Under the pieces are notes generated by a model. The model saw only the letters and a list, made by a program, of their open reading frames with translations, searched no databases and was not told where the DNA came from. From Patescibacteria group bacterium (GTDB lineage Bacteria > Patescibacteriota > Patescibacteriia > UBA11705 > JABHMO01), in assembly GCA_018818405.1 (NCBI GenBank), contig JAHIRY010000017.1:7563-71562 (forward strand): a DNA stretch of 64,000 bases, given 5' to 3'. Numbering within the stretch: position 1 is the first letter of the stretch; the number at the start of each line of letters is the position of its first letter. Both the position numbers and the translations under genes were made by a program. Below are positions 18,591 to 27,972 of the stretch, piece by piece.

Positions 18591-18657
18591 TTGACAAAAT
18601 TCAATTATCAAGCTATCATATAAAATCGTCTCGGCCATATTCGGCCATATAAGGAGG
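18591..18657 (+). promoter_or_regulatory. sigma70-type promoter and Shine-Dalgarno
   Basis: TTGACA(18591)-N17-TATCAT(18614); AAGGAGG at 18651. Confidence 0.65.
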
Positions 18658-18662
18658 GGGAA

Positions 18663-19001
18663 ATGTCTAGAATCCTTTTCGTCGACGATTGCGAAGACAC
18701 TTTGGAAATTTACAAAATGCTGTTCGAGCAGGACGGCCGGGAGATTTTCACTGAAATCAATCCGGAAATTGCGTTAAATCGAATTCTTTCGGAAAATTTC
18801 GATCTTGTTGTCACTGATCATGAAATGCCGGGAATGACCGGAGAAGAATTGATCAAAAAAGTTCATTCTGAAAATCCGAATCTTCCATTTATCATGGTTT
18901 CCGGCAATCCGCCGGAAGAAGCTCTTGATTGTCTCGTTTTTTTGAAGCCGGTTTCCATTGAATCGCTTGAAAACGCGATCAAGCGACTTCTCAACGAATA
19001 A
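18663..19001 (+). CDS. Stand-alone response regulator receiver (CheY-like)
   Basis: ILFVDD, VVTDHEMPGMTG, MVSG, FLKP. Confidence 0.92.
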   Translation: MSRILFVDDCEDTLEIYKMLFEQDGREIFTEINPEIALNRILSENFDLVVTDHEMPGMTGEELIKKVHSENPNLPFIMVSGNPPEEALDCLVFLKPVSIESLENAIKRLLNE

Positions 19002-19093
19002 AACCCGAACAGCGGTTCTCCGCGGAGAATCGCTGTATTTAATTTCAAATTTTGATATAATTAACAAAACATCAAAGTTTATTTTAATCATTA

Positions 19094-19453
19094 ATGAAAA
19101 AATTTATGTCGCCGATAATCTGCGTGGATGATCAAATGGGAATAATGCAGGATCGCTATACTGCTATTTGTGAATTTCTGGGCGGAAAATGTCTTTACTT
19201 TGAAAATCCGGAAAAAGCGCTCGAAGAAATAAAAAAAGGCGTTGAAGTTGAATTGGTAATATCTGATTTTACTTTGCCTGAAATGAACGGAAACGAGTTG
19301 ATTGAAAAAATTAAAAAGTTCAATCCTGAAATCAAATGCGTTATTTTTTCCGCCTCTCCGCCCGCACAAAGTCCGGCTGACGCTGTTTTCCAAAAGGCGA
19401 GTGGCGACAGACTCAAGGAAATCGCCGAAGAAATCAAAAAAATGCTAAATTAA
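19094..19453 (+). CDS. Stand-alone response regulator receiver (CheY-like)
   Basis: ICVDD, VISDFTLPEMNG, IFSA, FQK. Confidence 0.88.
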   Translation: MKKFMSPIICVDDQMGIMQDRYTAICEFLGGKCLYFENPEKALEEIKKGVEVELVISDFTLPEMNGNELIEKIKKFNPEIKCVIFSASPPAQSPADAVFQKASGDRLKEIAEEIKKMLN

Positions 19454-19535
19454 GAAATTAGAGCAATGGAATCGGCCATTGCTCTTTTCTCTCTCTTTTT
19501 GTTATAATGAACATAGAAAAATTAATTGTTTTTTT

Positions 19536-20072
19536 ATGAATTTTAATGATAGCGAAAAAAGGGAATTGCTGGCTTTCGCGAGGCGAGTTCTCGAAAAAAT
19601 TGTCAAAGAAGGCGACAAATTGGAAGAAGAATGCCTTGATTCTCATTTTATGCAAACTGCGGGCGTTTATGTTTTCCTGTATCAAAACAATGAAACCGTC
19701 GGTTTTGCCGGCTATGTCATTCCAACGGTTTCAATCTGGGACGCGATAGCGGAAAATGTAATTTCCGCCGGCACGCACAATCTGGGGAAAAGCGATATTT
19801 TGCCGGAAGATCTGGCTGGCATCAAAATTGAAATCGCGATTTTATCAGTGCCGAAAGAATGCTCATTCGAAGAAATTGAAGAAAACAAAGATGGTGTAAT
19901 CGTGGAACAAGGCCGATACAAAGCCACTTTTCCGCCGCAATTCTGGAAAGAATTTCCAGCCAAAGAAGAATTCCTAACCAATCTCTGCGAAAAAGCGAAA
20001 ATCGAGCCTGACGCGTGGAAGAACTTTTCAACAAAATTATACAAGTATGGAGCAATTATCTTTAATGAGTAA
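19536..20072 (+). CDS. AMMECR1-domain protein (AmmeMemoRadiSam protein A-like, divergent)
   Basis: LL..AR.., GVYVFL, IEIAILS.P, DGVIV..G...ATF.PQ.W, FL..LCEKA. ATG 19536. Confidence 0.85.
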   Translation: MNFNDSEKRELLAFARRVLEKIVKEGDKLEEECLDSHFMQTAGVYVFLYQNNETVGFAGYVIPTVSIWDAIAENVISAGTHNLGKSDILPEDLAGIKIEIAILSVPKECSFEEIEENKDGVIVEQGRYKATFPPQFWKEFPAKEEFLTNLCEKAKIEPDAWKNFSTKLYKYGAIIFNE

Positions 20073-20091
20073 TCTTTCTTCAAAAAAAACT

Positions 20092-21033
20092 ATGAAAAAC
20101 AATTATATCAAAGATTTGCAATTCAAGGACAAATTGAGTGCAGAACAATTTGCGGTGAAAAATGTGAAAAACGGAAAAACAGCCAATGGCCGCGATTTTA
20201 TGGATTTGATTCTGGTAGACTGGACAGGGGAAATAACCGCGAAAATCTGGGAAGACGCTCTGCCGAATTGCGCGGTTCCAAAGGTTGGCGAGATTGTTGA
20301 AATAAACGGAACAGTGGAAGAATTTCGAGACAAACAGCAATTAAAAATAACTTTTTTGCAAAAAGCGGAAAAATACGATTTGGCGGATTTTCTGCCGAAA
20401 ACGGAAAAAAACATTGAAGAAATGTGGCAAACGGTTCAACAAAAAATAAACGGCATTGAGGACAAGAAAATTAAAGAATTGCTGAAATATTTTTTTGATG
20501 ACAATGAATTGGCCGAAAAATTCAAACAAGCTCCGGCAGCTGAAATGATTCATCACGCTTATGTCGGAGGACTGCTGGATCATTCGTTGGAAATGCTGAC
20601 AATCGCCGAAAGCGTGCAAACCGTTTTTCCGAATTTGAACAATGATTTGCTGACTTGCGGAATTTTGCTTCATGATATCGGAAAGTTGGATGAGCTGGCA
20701 ATGAATCACGTGATTTATCGCACGATTGAAGGAAATTTGCATGGACATATCAGCATCGGCGCGATCATGGTCGGCAAGGCGATCGAAAAAATCGGAAATA
20801 TGAAAGTCGAAACAGCCAATCAAATTATTCATATGATTCTGAGTCATCATGGAGAATTGGAATTCGGCAGTCCGGTAAAACCAATGACAAGAGAAGCGCT
20901 GGCTCTTCACTTTCTGGACAATCTTTCGACAAAAGTGAAAGTCGCTGACAAAATAATTTCCGATAATCAAAATAATGACGCTGATTTTTCCGAGAAAAAT
21001 TTCGCACTTAATTCCAGAGTGTATTTGAAATAA
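20092..21033 (+). CDS. yhaM: 3'-5' exoribonuclease YhaM/Cbf1 (OB fold + HD domain)
   Basis: OB fold (D.TG.I.AKIW), APAA...HHAY.GGLLDH, LLHDIGK, GHI, ILSHHG..EFGSP..P.T.EA..LH..D. Confidence 0.92.
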   Translation: MKNNYIKDLQFKDKLSAEQFAVKNVKNGKTANGRDFMDLILVDWTGEITAKIWEDALPNCAVPKVGEIVEINGTVEEFRDKQQLKITFLQKAEKYDLADFLPKTEKNIEEMWQTVQQKINGIEDKKIKELLKYFFDDNELAEKFKQAPAAEMIHHAYVGGLLDHSLEMLTIAESVQTVFPNLNNDLLTCGILLHDIGKLDELAMNHVIYRTIEGNLHGHISIGAIMVGKAIEKIGNMKVETANQIIHMILSHHGELEFGSPVKPMTREALALHFLDNLSTKVKVADKIISDNQNNDADFSEKNFALNSRVYLK

Positions 21034-21035
21034 CT

Positions 21036-22250
21036 ATGCCTGACATTTTCGGTTATGAAAATGAAAAATTGAACATCATCATGCTGAACATGTCAACTTT
21101 TTATGATTGGGAGCATGGAATTTCCAATCGCAATTTGAATATTCTCCGTTCGCTCGAAAAGAACGAACAAATAAACAAAATAATCGCGGTTGATTTCCTG
21201 CCGATGAATTTCCGCAAAGCGGTAAAACATTATTATCAAAATATTTTAAAACAAATACGAACATCGGAAATTGTTTTCGGAGATTTGACGAGCGCGTGTT
21301 ATCAAAAGACGGCCAAAGTTTTCGCTTACACAACGGTTGATTCGATTTTTTCCATGAATATTGTTGTGAAGGAATTGAAAAAAATAATCAAGCGAATGAA
21401 TTTGCAAAATGTAATCATCTGGTCGTACAATCCCATGTTCATTGATTTTATCGGCCGATTGGACGAAAAATTGTTTGTATTCGACACTGTGGACAATTGG
21501 TCTGAACATCCGGGCTACACAAAATTGCTGGCAAAGGAAAAACTTCTGGCCAATTATCGAAAAATCGCGCAGGAAGCTGATGTTATTTTCACGGTTTCCG
21601 AAGAATTGCTGGCGTTTTATGAAAAGATGAACCGCACGCACGATGTTTCCTGGATTCCGAACGGAGTGGATTTGGAACATTTCACAAATATTGAAAACTT
21701 GGAAAAAGAAAATGAATTAACGAAAATCGGAAAACCCATAATCGGTTATCTGGGAACGATTCAGGACAGAATCGACTTTGATCTCATTGCCGAGATCGCG
21801 AGAGAACATCAGGACAAAATAATCGCGCTTTGCGGTCCGGTCTGGGCGACTGTGCAAAAGGAAGTTGATGAAAAATTGAAAAAATTCGACAATATAATTT
21901 TCACCGGAAGAGTGGCTCTGGAAAATGCGCCGAGCTATATCACTCAATTCAGCGTTGCGATAATTCCGCACAAGATCGACGCATTCATAAAATCAACCAA
22001 TCCAATGAAAATGTACGAATATCTCGCCTGCGGCAAGCCGATAGTTTCGACCGAAGGAGCGGGGATTGATATGTTTTCCGATTTTATTTATATCGCTAAA
22101 AATAATTCTCAATTCATTCAATATATCGAGCAAGCGATTTCCGATGATTCCTTCGGCAAACAATCGCTGAGAAAAGAAATTCTAAAAGAACATACTTGGG
22201 AAAAAAGAACGGAGCGAATGATGTTAGAAATAAATGAAAAATTAAAATAA
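21036..22250 (+). CDS. Glycosyltransferase family 4 (TuaH-like)
   Basis: FDTVDNW, IPNGVD..HF, IGYLG.I..RID, NPMKMYEYLACGKPIVST. Confidence 0.88.
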   Translation: MPDIFGYENEKLNIIMLNMSTFYDWEHGISNRNLNILRSLEKNEQINKIIAVDFLPMNFRKAVKHYYQNILKQIRTSEIVFGDLTSACYQKTAKVFAYTTVDSIFSMNIVVKELKKIIKRMNLQNVIIWSYNPMFIDFIGRLDEKLFVFDTVDNWSEHPGYTKLLAKEKLLANYRKIAQEADVIFTVSEELLAFYEKMNRTHDVSWIPNGVDLEHFTNIENLEKENELTKIGKPIIGYLGTIQDRIDFDLIAEIAREHQDKIIALCGPVWATVQKEVDEKLKKFDNIIFTGRVALENAPSYITQFSVAIIPHKIDAFIKSTNPMKMYEYLACGKPIVSTEGAGIDMFSDFIYIAKNNSQFIQYIEQAISDDSFGKQSLRKEILKEHTWEKRTERMMLEINEKLK

Positions 22251-22279
22251 AAAAAGTTCGGCTGCGTTGCAGTCGAACC
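22251..22279 (-). terminator. Intrinsic terminator (likely bidirectional)
   Basis: A-tract then GTTCGGCTGC-GTT-GCAGTCGAAC hairpin. Confidence 0.75.
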
Positions 22280-22300
22280 GAATCATTTGCGTTCAGCCGG

Positions 22301-22681
22301 CTATTTTTTCAAGGAAAAAACTTTTCTATCCCAGACAAAGAATTCATTATCACCGGTTGTCATATTGAAGACGAATTCGCCGAGAGGTGTTTTTCTCGCC
22401 AGATTTATTCGTCTGAAAATTGGAACTCGCATTCTTTCAGCTGATTCCGACAGAAAAAACTGAGCGCTGTTGACATCATTGAATATGACACTCGTCATGG
22501 AATATATTTCCGTTGCATCGATCATAGTTGTCTGTTCGCCGGTGGCAAGACTTGCCACATGGACTACATTGGGAAATTCCGTATCCTCCTGAATTCTCAT
22601 GAAGGCTTCTGCTGACTTCCCCGGTCGGACATCCCTTCCGCTGACAAAACAATGCGAATTCTCGAGCATTTTGAGCTGCAT
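22301..22681 (-). CDS. Hypothetical protein, paralog of 22816-23193
   Basis: SD AAGGAGGT, TTGACA-N17-TATTAT promoter, own terminator; DVxPGxSA motif shared with neighbour. Confidence 0.8.
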   Translation of the reverse strand: MQLKMLENSHCFVSGRDVRPGKSAEAFMRIQEDTEFPNVVHVASLATGEQTTMIDATEIYSMTSVIFNDVNSAQFFLSESAERMRVPIFRRINLARKTPLGEFVFNMTTGDNEFFVWDRKVFSLKK

Positions 22682-22773
22682 TACGACCTCCTTGCGCGAG
22701 TGACGAGCGTTATAAGATAATAAAATATGATTGAAATTTTGTCAATCCTTGAATTTTTTACTCTTGTGAAAAT

Positions 22774-22803
22774 AAAAAAAGCCCGACTGCGTTGCAATCG
22801 GAC
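22774..22803 (-). terminator. Intrinsic terminator similar to 22251-22279
   Basis: A-tract then GCCCGACTGC-GTT-GCAATCGGAC hairpin. Confidence 0.7.
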
Positions 22804-22815
22804 AATCAATTGGAT

Positions 22816-23193
22816 CTATCGGGAAAAAGCCAGAACTTCCGTCTCTGACCGGAAAAGAGCGTAAACTCCCTCGGAAAAATTCCATGCGTTTCTCACGCCA
22901 GCGTTTGTTTTCTCTTTCGACAACTTTCTGAAAAGCGAAGCCGCTTCATGATTTGCAACGACCGACAGCGGTACGAACATTTGCGAATGCTTGACTTCTT
23001 TGAAATTCATTCTTTTCAATGGGAAAACTATAACGCCGCCGAGCATAGCTTCCATTATTCCGTTTGACTGATTTTCAGAGAGAAACCATTTTCCTGAAAT
23101 CTCAAAGAACCGATACACGCTCGCGCTCACTCCCGGATTAACATCTTTCGTTTTGATAAAATAATCTTTAACGGAAAGCTTACGGATTTCCAT
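22816..23193 (-). CDS. Hypothetical protein, paralog of 22301-22681
   Basis: SD GGGAGGTG, TTGACA at 23251-23256 (minus strand), own terminator. Confidence 0.8.
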   Translation of the reverse strand: MEIRKLSVKDYFIKTKDVNPGVSASVYRFFEISGKWFLSENQSNGIMEAMLGGVIVFPLKRMNFKEVKHSQMFVPLSVVANHEAASLFRKLSKEKTNAGVRNAWNFSEGVYALFRSETEVLAFSR

Positions 23194-23268
23194 TTTTCAC
23201 CTCCCTGAACGCATTGAATCTTAATATAAATTAGCACAACAGATTTGATCTGTCAACCGTAATAAATC

Positions 23269-24158
23269 GGGTATAATAAAGCAAAAGGCACAAGTATAAT
23301 AGAGTTATAGGAAAAAAACATAACTCAAAAACTTATGCCTAATGCAAAAGCATTATCTCAGTTTCCCAACGAAAAACAAGTTTTGAGGGAACTGCAAAGA
23401 ATTATTTTTGGAAAACATGTTAAATGTCCGCATTGCCAGCGGCAAATATATGTGATTGAGTTAAAAAAAAATCGGCTGTGGCGTTGCCGAAAATGCCGTA
23501 AAAGATTTAGTATTACCAGCGTAAATTGGTTGAAGGGCATGAAGATTTCCGGAACAAAATTATGGATGTTGGTATGGTGCTGGCAACAAAAATTGGGAGT
23601 GCTTCAAGTCTCGGGTTTGTGCTTAACATCCATTCCGACGATTCGAAGATACTATGAGCTATTTCGTGATAATTTACAAATAAATTGTGATGATATTATT
23701 CTCGAAGGCATAGTGCAAATGGATGAAATGTTTGTTAAAGGAGCTTTCATTTTAGGAGCAAAAGACATTATACGAAAACGAATTAAAATGAATGTGGTGT
23801 TTAAGAAATCACCTGAAAAACATGATGCTATGAATATGATATTTCAACATGTAAAACCCGGTTCAACTTTATTTACCGACGGCAGTAAGATTTATCGGAA
23901 AAGTGAAGATTGGTGGCCGATTACGCATAAATCCGAATGTCACAGTAAATTTGAGTTTAGTCAGACTTCGGAAGTGGAAGGAATGTGGGGCGTTCTCAGG
24001 ACTTTTATCAGAAGAATGTATCATCATGTCACACTGAAAAAATTGGTCAAAATTATCGCTGAATTTGAAGCCCGTTTTTCATTCAAAGAATTATTCAAAT
24101 ATGCGCTTAATTTCCTTAAAAACTCATTATCCTCTGTTCCTCTTGCTTTCTAATACCC
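23269..24158 (+). mobile_element. IS1595-family insertion sequence (890 bp)
   Basis: TIRs GGGTATAATAAAGCAAAAGGCACA and GGGTATTAGAAAGCAAGAGGAACA (20/24 match); 8-bp target duplication AATAAATC at 23261-23268 and 24159-24166. Confidence 0.93.
23335..24153 (+). CDS. IS1595-family (ISXO2-like) DDE transposase
   Basis: Zn ribbon CPHC...CRKC, V.MDE, TDG..IY, H, EG.W...R...R.YHHV, EF..RF. Confidence 0.92.
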   Translation: MPNAKALSQFPNEKQVLRELQRIIFGKHVKCPHCQRQIYVIELKKNRLWRCRKCRKRFSITSVNWLKGMKISGTKLWMLVWCWQQKLGVLQVSGLCLTSIPTIRRYYELFRDNLQINCDDIILEGIVQMDEMFVKGAFILGAKDIIRKRIKMNVVFKKSPEKHDAMNMIFQHVKPGSTLFTDGSKIYRKSEDWWPITHKSECHSKFEFSQTSEVEGMWGVLRTFIRRMYHHVTLKKLVKIIAEFEARFSFKELFKYALNFLKNSLSSVPLAF

Positions 24159-24187
24159 AATAAATCAAGAACAATTTTAAAAAAAAT

Positions 24188-25078
24188 ATGAAATTATCAA
24201 TCATTACTGTAAACTGGAATGTGTGCGACCTGTTGTCAAAACTGCTGGATTCGATTTCTTATTTTACCGCCGGAATTGATTATGAAGTGATTGTTGTTGA
24301 CAATGATTCGAAAGACGGATCAGCGGAGCATTTGAAATCCAGATATGCAGACCGGATCGAATCCGGCAAATTGAAAATCATTGAAAATAAATACAACGCC
24401 GGATTCGCCAAAGCGAACAATCAAGGCTTGCATGCGGCAAAAGGGGAATATGTTCTTTTCATGAATCCGGACATGGAACTCCTGGAAAACAGCTTTCCAA
24501 TGCTCGTTGATTTCATGGACGGACACGAACATTGCGGGATTTGCACCTGCAAACTGCTGTACAAAGACAAACAGCTCCAGCCGAATGTGAAGGGTTCGCC
24601 GACTTTGTGCAGTCAAATCTTAATTCTTTTGAAATCGCATCATTTTTTGTCTGACATTACATGTCTGAAAAAATATTTGATGAAAGATTTTAATTATGAA
24701 AAACAGGCTGATGTCGATCAAGTCATGGGCGCGTTTGTGTTTACCAGAAAAAATCTGATGGATTCCATTTCCGGCTGGGATGAGGATTATTGGCTGATGT
24801 GGGAAGATGTCGAGCTCTGCGCAAAAGTGAAAAATCTCGGATATGATATAATTTATTCACCGGCGACCGCTGTCATTCATTATGAAAGCAAATCTTTCGA
24901 ACAAGTGCCGAGTCTCAAAAAACAAAAAAGATTCAATCGCGGAATGCTGATTTATTTCAAAAAGCATCAACCGTTCATCAAATACTTTATTTTAATTTTA
25001 TTCCAGCCGATCAGCTTTTTGCTCGCGGCCATTACACAATTATTAAAAATTAAACAGCGCCCGCAGTCGCGCATTTGA
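24188..25078 (+). CDS. Glycosyltransferase family 2 (WbbL-like)
   Basis: VVDNDS.DGS, NAGFAKANNQG, FMNPD, GWDEDY..MWEDVELC. Confidence 0.92.
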   Translation: MKLSIITVNWNVCDLLSKLLDSISYFTAGIDYEVIVVDNDSKDGSAEHLKSRYADRIESGKLKIIENKYNAGFAKANNQGLHAAKGEYVLFMNPDMELLENSFPMLVDFMDGHEHCGICTCKLLYKDKQLQPNVKGSPTLCSQILILLKSHHFLSDITCLKKYLMKDFNYEKQADVDQVMGAFVFTRKNLMDSISGWDEDYWLMWEDVELCAKVKNLGYDIIYSPATAVIHYESKSFEQVPSLKKQKRFNRGMLIYFKKHQPFIKYFILILFQPISFLLAAITQLLKIKQRPQSRI

Positions 25079-25083
25079 AAATT

Positions 25084-25533
25084 ATGCTCATTATCACAAA
25101 CAATCGATTTGATCTGCAGTCAACCGTTGATGTACTCAATCATGACAAACTTCTGCCGGATCTGCTCGAAGCGATTGAAGATTACATTATCAACAGCAAA
25201 GTTGAAGCGGTAATAAACGGAGTGAGAACTCATGTCATGCATGTTTCGGGATTTGCGCAAACGCATCATTTGAATTTGGCGAAATATCTCAATTCCCATG
25301 TCTTGCATGGATACAGCGCGCGAGCGAATATGGCAAAAGGGCATTTTGCCAATTTTCCGCTCCTGCACTATTGGCTGGAAATCGAAAACATGATTTTGGA
25401 TATCGCGATCAGGCAATTCATCGGCAAACCGATTGATTTTCCCGAGCTCATGATTCCGCTCCTCGAACGGCATTGCTTCATTTCCGACAACGAACAAAAT
25501 TTCATTTATCGCCAATATCGGAAAATCCGATGA
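25084..25533 (+). CDS. Hypothetical protein, possible transglutaminase/papain-like fold
   Basis: HYWLE....ILD....QF motif; closely packed between GT2 and ligase-like genes. Start uncertain (TTG 25075 or ATG 25084). Confidence 0.55.
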   Translation: MLIITNNRFDLQSTVDVLNHDKLLPDLLEAIEDYIINSKVEAVINGVRTHVMHVSGFAQTHHLNLAKYLNSHVLHGYSARANMAKGHFANFPLLHYWLEIENMILDIAIRQFIGKPIDFPELMIPLLERHCFISDNEQNFIYRQYRKIR

Positions 25534-27038
25534 AAAAAATATCAACTCAGGGAAAATATTTTCGTCTGACATCGCTCTTCATTCTTTTGGCTGAATTGCT
25601 TTCTTTTTTTTGTTATTCGCTGAACAATTTTATTGATCTGTATTCAATCGCGTTTGCATTGATTGTTTTGCTCGTTTTTGCCGTCAGCCTGAAAAATCCC
25701 GAATACGGTTTGTTCGCCGCTCTGACAGAACTTTTCATCGGATCAAAAGGCCAGCTTTTCAGCGCAAACATTTTCGGCGCAACCGTTTCAATCCGCATTG
25801 GAATATTTTGCGCGGTTCTAATCGCTTGGATTATTTTCGCGATCAGAAAAGGATTGCTCAAACAAGTAAAACAAATTTTTATTGAAAACAAAATATTGAT
25901 TGTGTTATCGGCAGTTTCCATTTTCGCGGTAGCAATGGCATTGTTCAGAGGTAATTCGCCGACAAATATTTTTTTTGATTTTAACGCGTGGCTGTATTTC
26001 TTGTACATATTTCCTTTACTGACAATTTTCAAAAAACCCGAACAACTAAAAACGCTTTTCCAAATTTTCACCGCTTCAGTCGCTTCGGTTGCAATCAAAT
26101 CATTGATCTTTCTCTATATTTTCTCGCACAATTTTCCGATCATTATTGATTTTTACAAATGGGGGAGAGACACGCGCTGGGGCGAGTTCACGCTTGTTTC
26201 CGGAAATTTTTTTCGCATTTTTTCCCAAGCGCAAATTTTCGCTTTGCTCGGATGCTGTATTTTAATCGGCTATATTATTTTCAAAGAAAAATTTAATTTT
26301 AAAAAAGATTGGTCATATCTGATTGTTATATTGCTGTCAGCGTCAACAATAATTCTCAGCCTTTCGCGCAGTTTCTGGCTCAGCCTGGCCGGCGCTGCTG
26401 CTCTTTTAACTTTTTTCTTTTGGAAATATAAATTTTCATTCAAACGAATAGCCATAAATTTCTCCGGAATAATTTGTCTTGTTGTTTTGGCGATTTTGCT
26501 TGTGTTGGGAATTGTAAACTTTCCTTTGCCAAAAGTTATGTCAGCTGATTCGTCATCGCTCCTCAAAAGCCGGCTGAATATGGATGAATCAGCCGTATCA
26601 TCGCGCCAAAGCCAGCTTTTGCCGCTCTTGCAAGGAATTAAAACTCATCCGGTTGTCGGATCCGGCTGGGGAACGACTGTCACTTATGAAAGTTCTGATC
26701 CGCGCATAAAAACGATTGACAATCCGCTAGGAAAATACACGACTTATTCTTTTGAACTCGGTTATCTGGACATGATTTTAAAAATAGGAATTTTCGGAGT
26801 TCTGGTTTATTTGATTTTCATCTGGTCCATCGCCCGAAAAATTTTTCTTGTCTGGAACAAAAAAACAGACCGCTCAAATCGCGCCCTGCTCGCCGGCTTG
26901 TCCCTCGGATTGGCCGCGCTGGTCATTGTTCATATATTCAGTCCGTATTTGAATCATCCGTTGGGAATCGGCTATTTGCTGTTAATTCTGGTTTTCGTTC
27001 AACTTATTTCTACTGCAAATTCAATCAGTTTAGAATAG
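25530..27038 (+). CDS. O-antigen ligase/polymerase (Wzy_C) family membrane protein
   Basis: Many TM helices, LSLSRSFW, HPVVGSGWG, YLDM.LK.GIFG. ATG 25530. Confidence 0.85.
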   Translation: MKKISTQGKYFRLTSLFILLAELLSFFCYSLNNFIDLYSIAFALIVLLVFAVSLKNPEYGLFAALTELFIGSKGQLFSANIFGATVSIRIGIFCAVLIAWIIFAIRKGLLKQVKQIFIENKILIVLSAVSIFAVAMALFRGNSPTNIFFDFNAWLYFLYIFPLLTIFKKPEQLKTLFQIFTASVASVAIKSLIFLYIFSHNFPIIIDFYKWGRDTRWGEFTLVSGNFFRIFSQAQIFALLGCCILIGYIIFKEKFNFKKDWSYLIVILLSASTIILSLSRSFWLSLAGAAALLTFFFWKYKFSFKRIAINFSGIICLVVLAILLVLGIVNFPLPKVMSADSSSLLKSRLNMDESAVSSRQSQLLPLLQGIKTHPVVGSGWGTTVTYESSDPRIKTIDNPLGKYTTYSFELGYLDMILKIGIFGVLVYLIFIWSIARKIFLVWNKKTDRSNRALLAGLSLGLAALVIVHIFSPYLNHPLGIGYLLLILVFVQLISTANSISLE

Positions 27039-27972
27039 CGCCGATGAAATTCCGATATCCATTGATGAAATTTTTTATATTGCACTGATTCTTTCCTTCC
27101 AGTTTCAATTCGAGAATTTCAAGATTTCCGCTTCCGCATTTTACAAATACATTTTTATCTTTTTCAAAAGCTTGTCCGATCGCAATTTCTTTTTTTGTCT
27201 CAAACTCCGCCAGCCGGCAAATCATCAGCTCCAATTTTTTTCCGGAAAAAAAAGTATAACTGCCGGGCCATTTTGCAAACGCGCGAATTTGATTATTGAT
27301 TTCCAAGGCGCTTTTGTTCCAATCTATTTTCCCATCTTCTTTTTTTATCTTTCGGCAGAATGTCGCGCTTTCATTATCTTGTTTTTTCAATTCGATCTCA
27401 TTATTCAAATATTGCGGAATTATTTCCGCTAAATATTCCGCGCTTATTTCCGCCAATCTTTTTGACAAGGAAATAAAATTATCAGTCGCATCAATCTCAA
27501 CTTTTTTTTGCGCCAGAATGTCGCCGCTGTCCATTCCTTCATCCATTATAATTATAGTAATTCCCGTTTCTTTTTCATTTTCCATGAGCGCGGTTTGAAT
27601 CGGCGATGCGCCGCGGTATTTCGGCAGAATTGATGGATGAACATTGATGCATTTGTTTGCCGGCAAATCCAATATTTCCGGCGGCAGAATTTTTCCGTAA
27701 GCCGCGACTACAATCAAATCAGGTTTTAATGATTTTATTTTTTCAATGAATGTTTCATCTATTTTTTTCGGCTGAAAACAAAAAACATTATGTTGCTCGG
27801 CAATGATTTTCGTGGGCGGGGGAGCGAGCTTTCTGTTTCTGCCTTGCTGTTTGTCCGGCTCGGTCGCCAAAGCCAAAACATTGAAGTTTTCAATCAGACG
27901 AATAAAAATCGGAACTGAAAATTCCGTTGAACCGAAAAAAATAATTTTTGTTTTTTCATTGTTTGCTTTCAT
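27025..27972 (-). CDS. fmt: Methionyl-tRNA formyltransferase
   Basis: FFGS.EFS, VAAYGKILP, INVHPS.LPKYRGASPIQ, MDEGMDSGDI. Confidence 0.98.
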   Translation of the reverse strand: MKANNEKTKIIFFGSTEFSVPIFIRLIENFNVLALATEPDKQQGRNRKLAPPPTKIIAEQHNVFCFQPKKIDETFIEKIKSLKPDLIVVAAYGKILPPEILDLPANKCINVHPSILPKYRGASPIQTALMENEKETGITIIIMDEGMDSGDILAQKKVEIDATDNFISLSKRLAEISAEYLAEIIPQYLNNEIELKKQDNESATFCRKIKKEDGKIDWNKSALEINNQIRAFAKWPGSYTFFSGKKLELMICRLAEFETKKEIAIGQAFEKDKNVFVKCGSGNLEILELKLEGKNQCNIKNFINGYRNFIGAILN

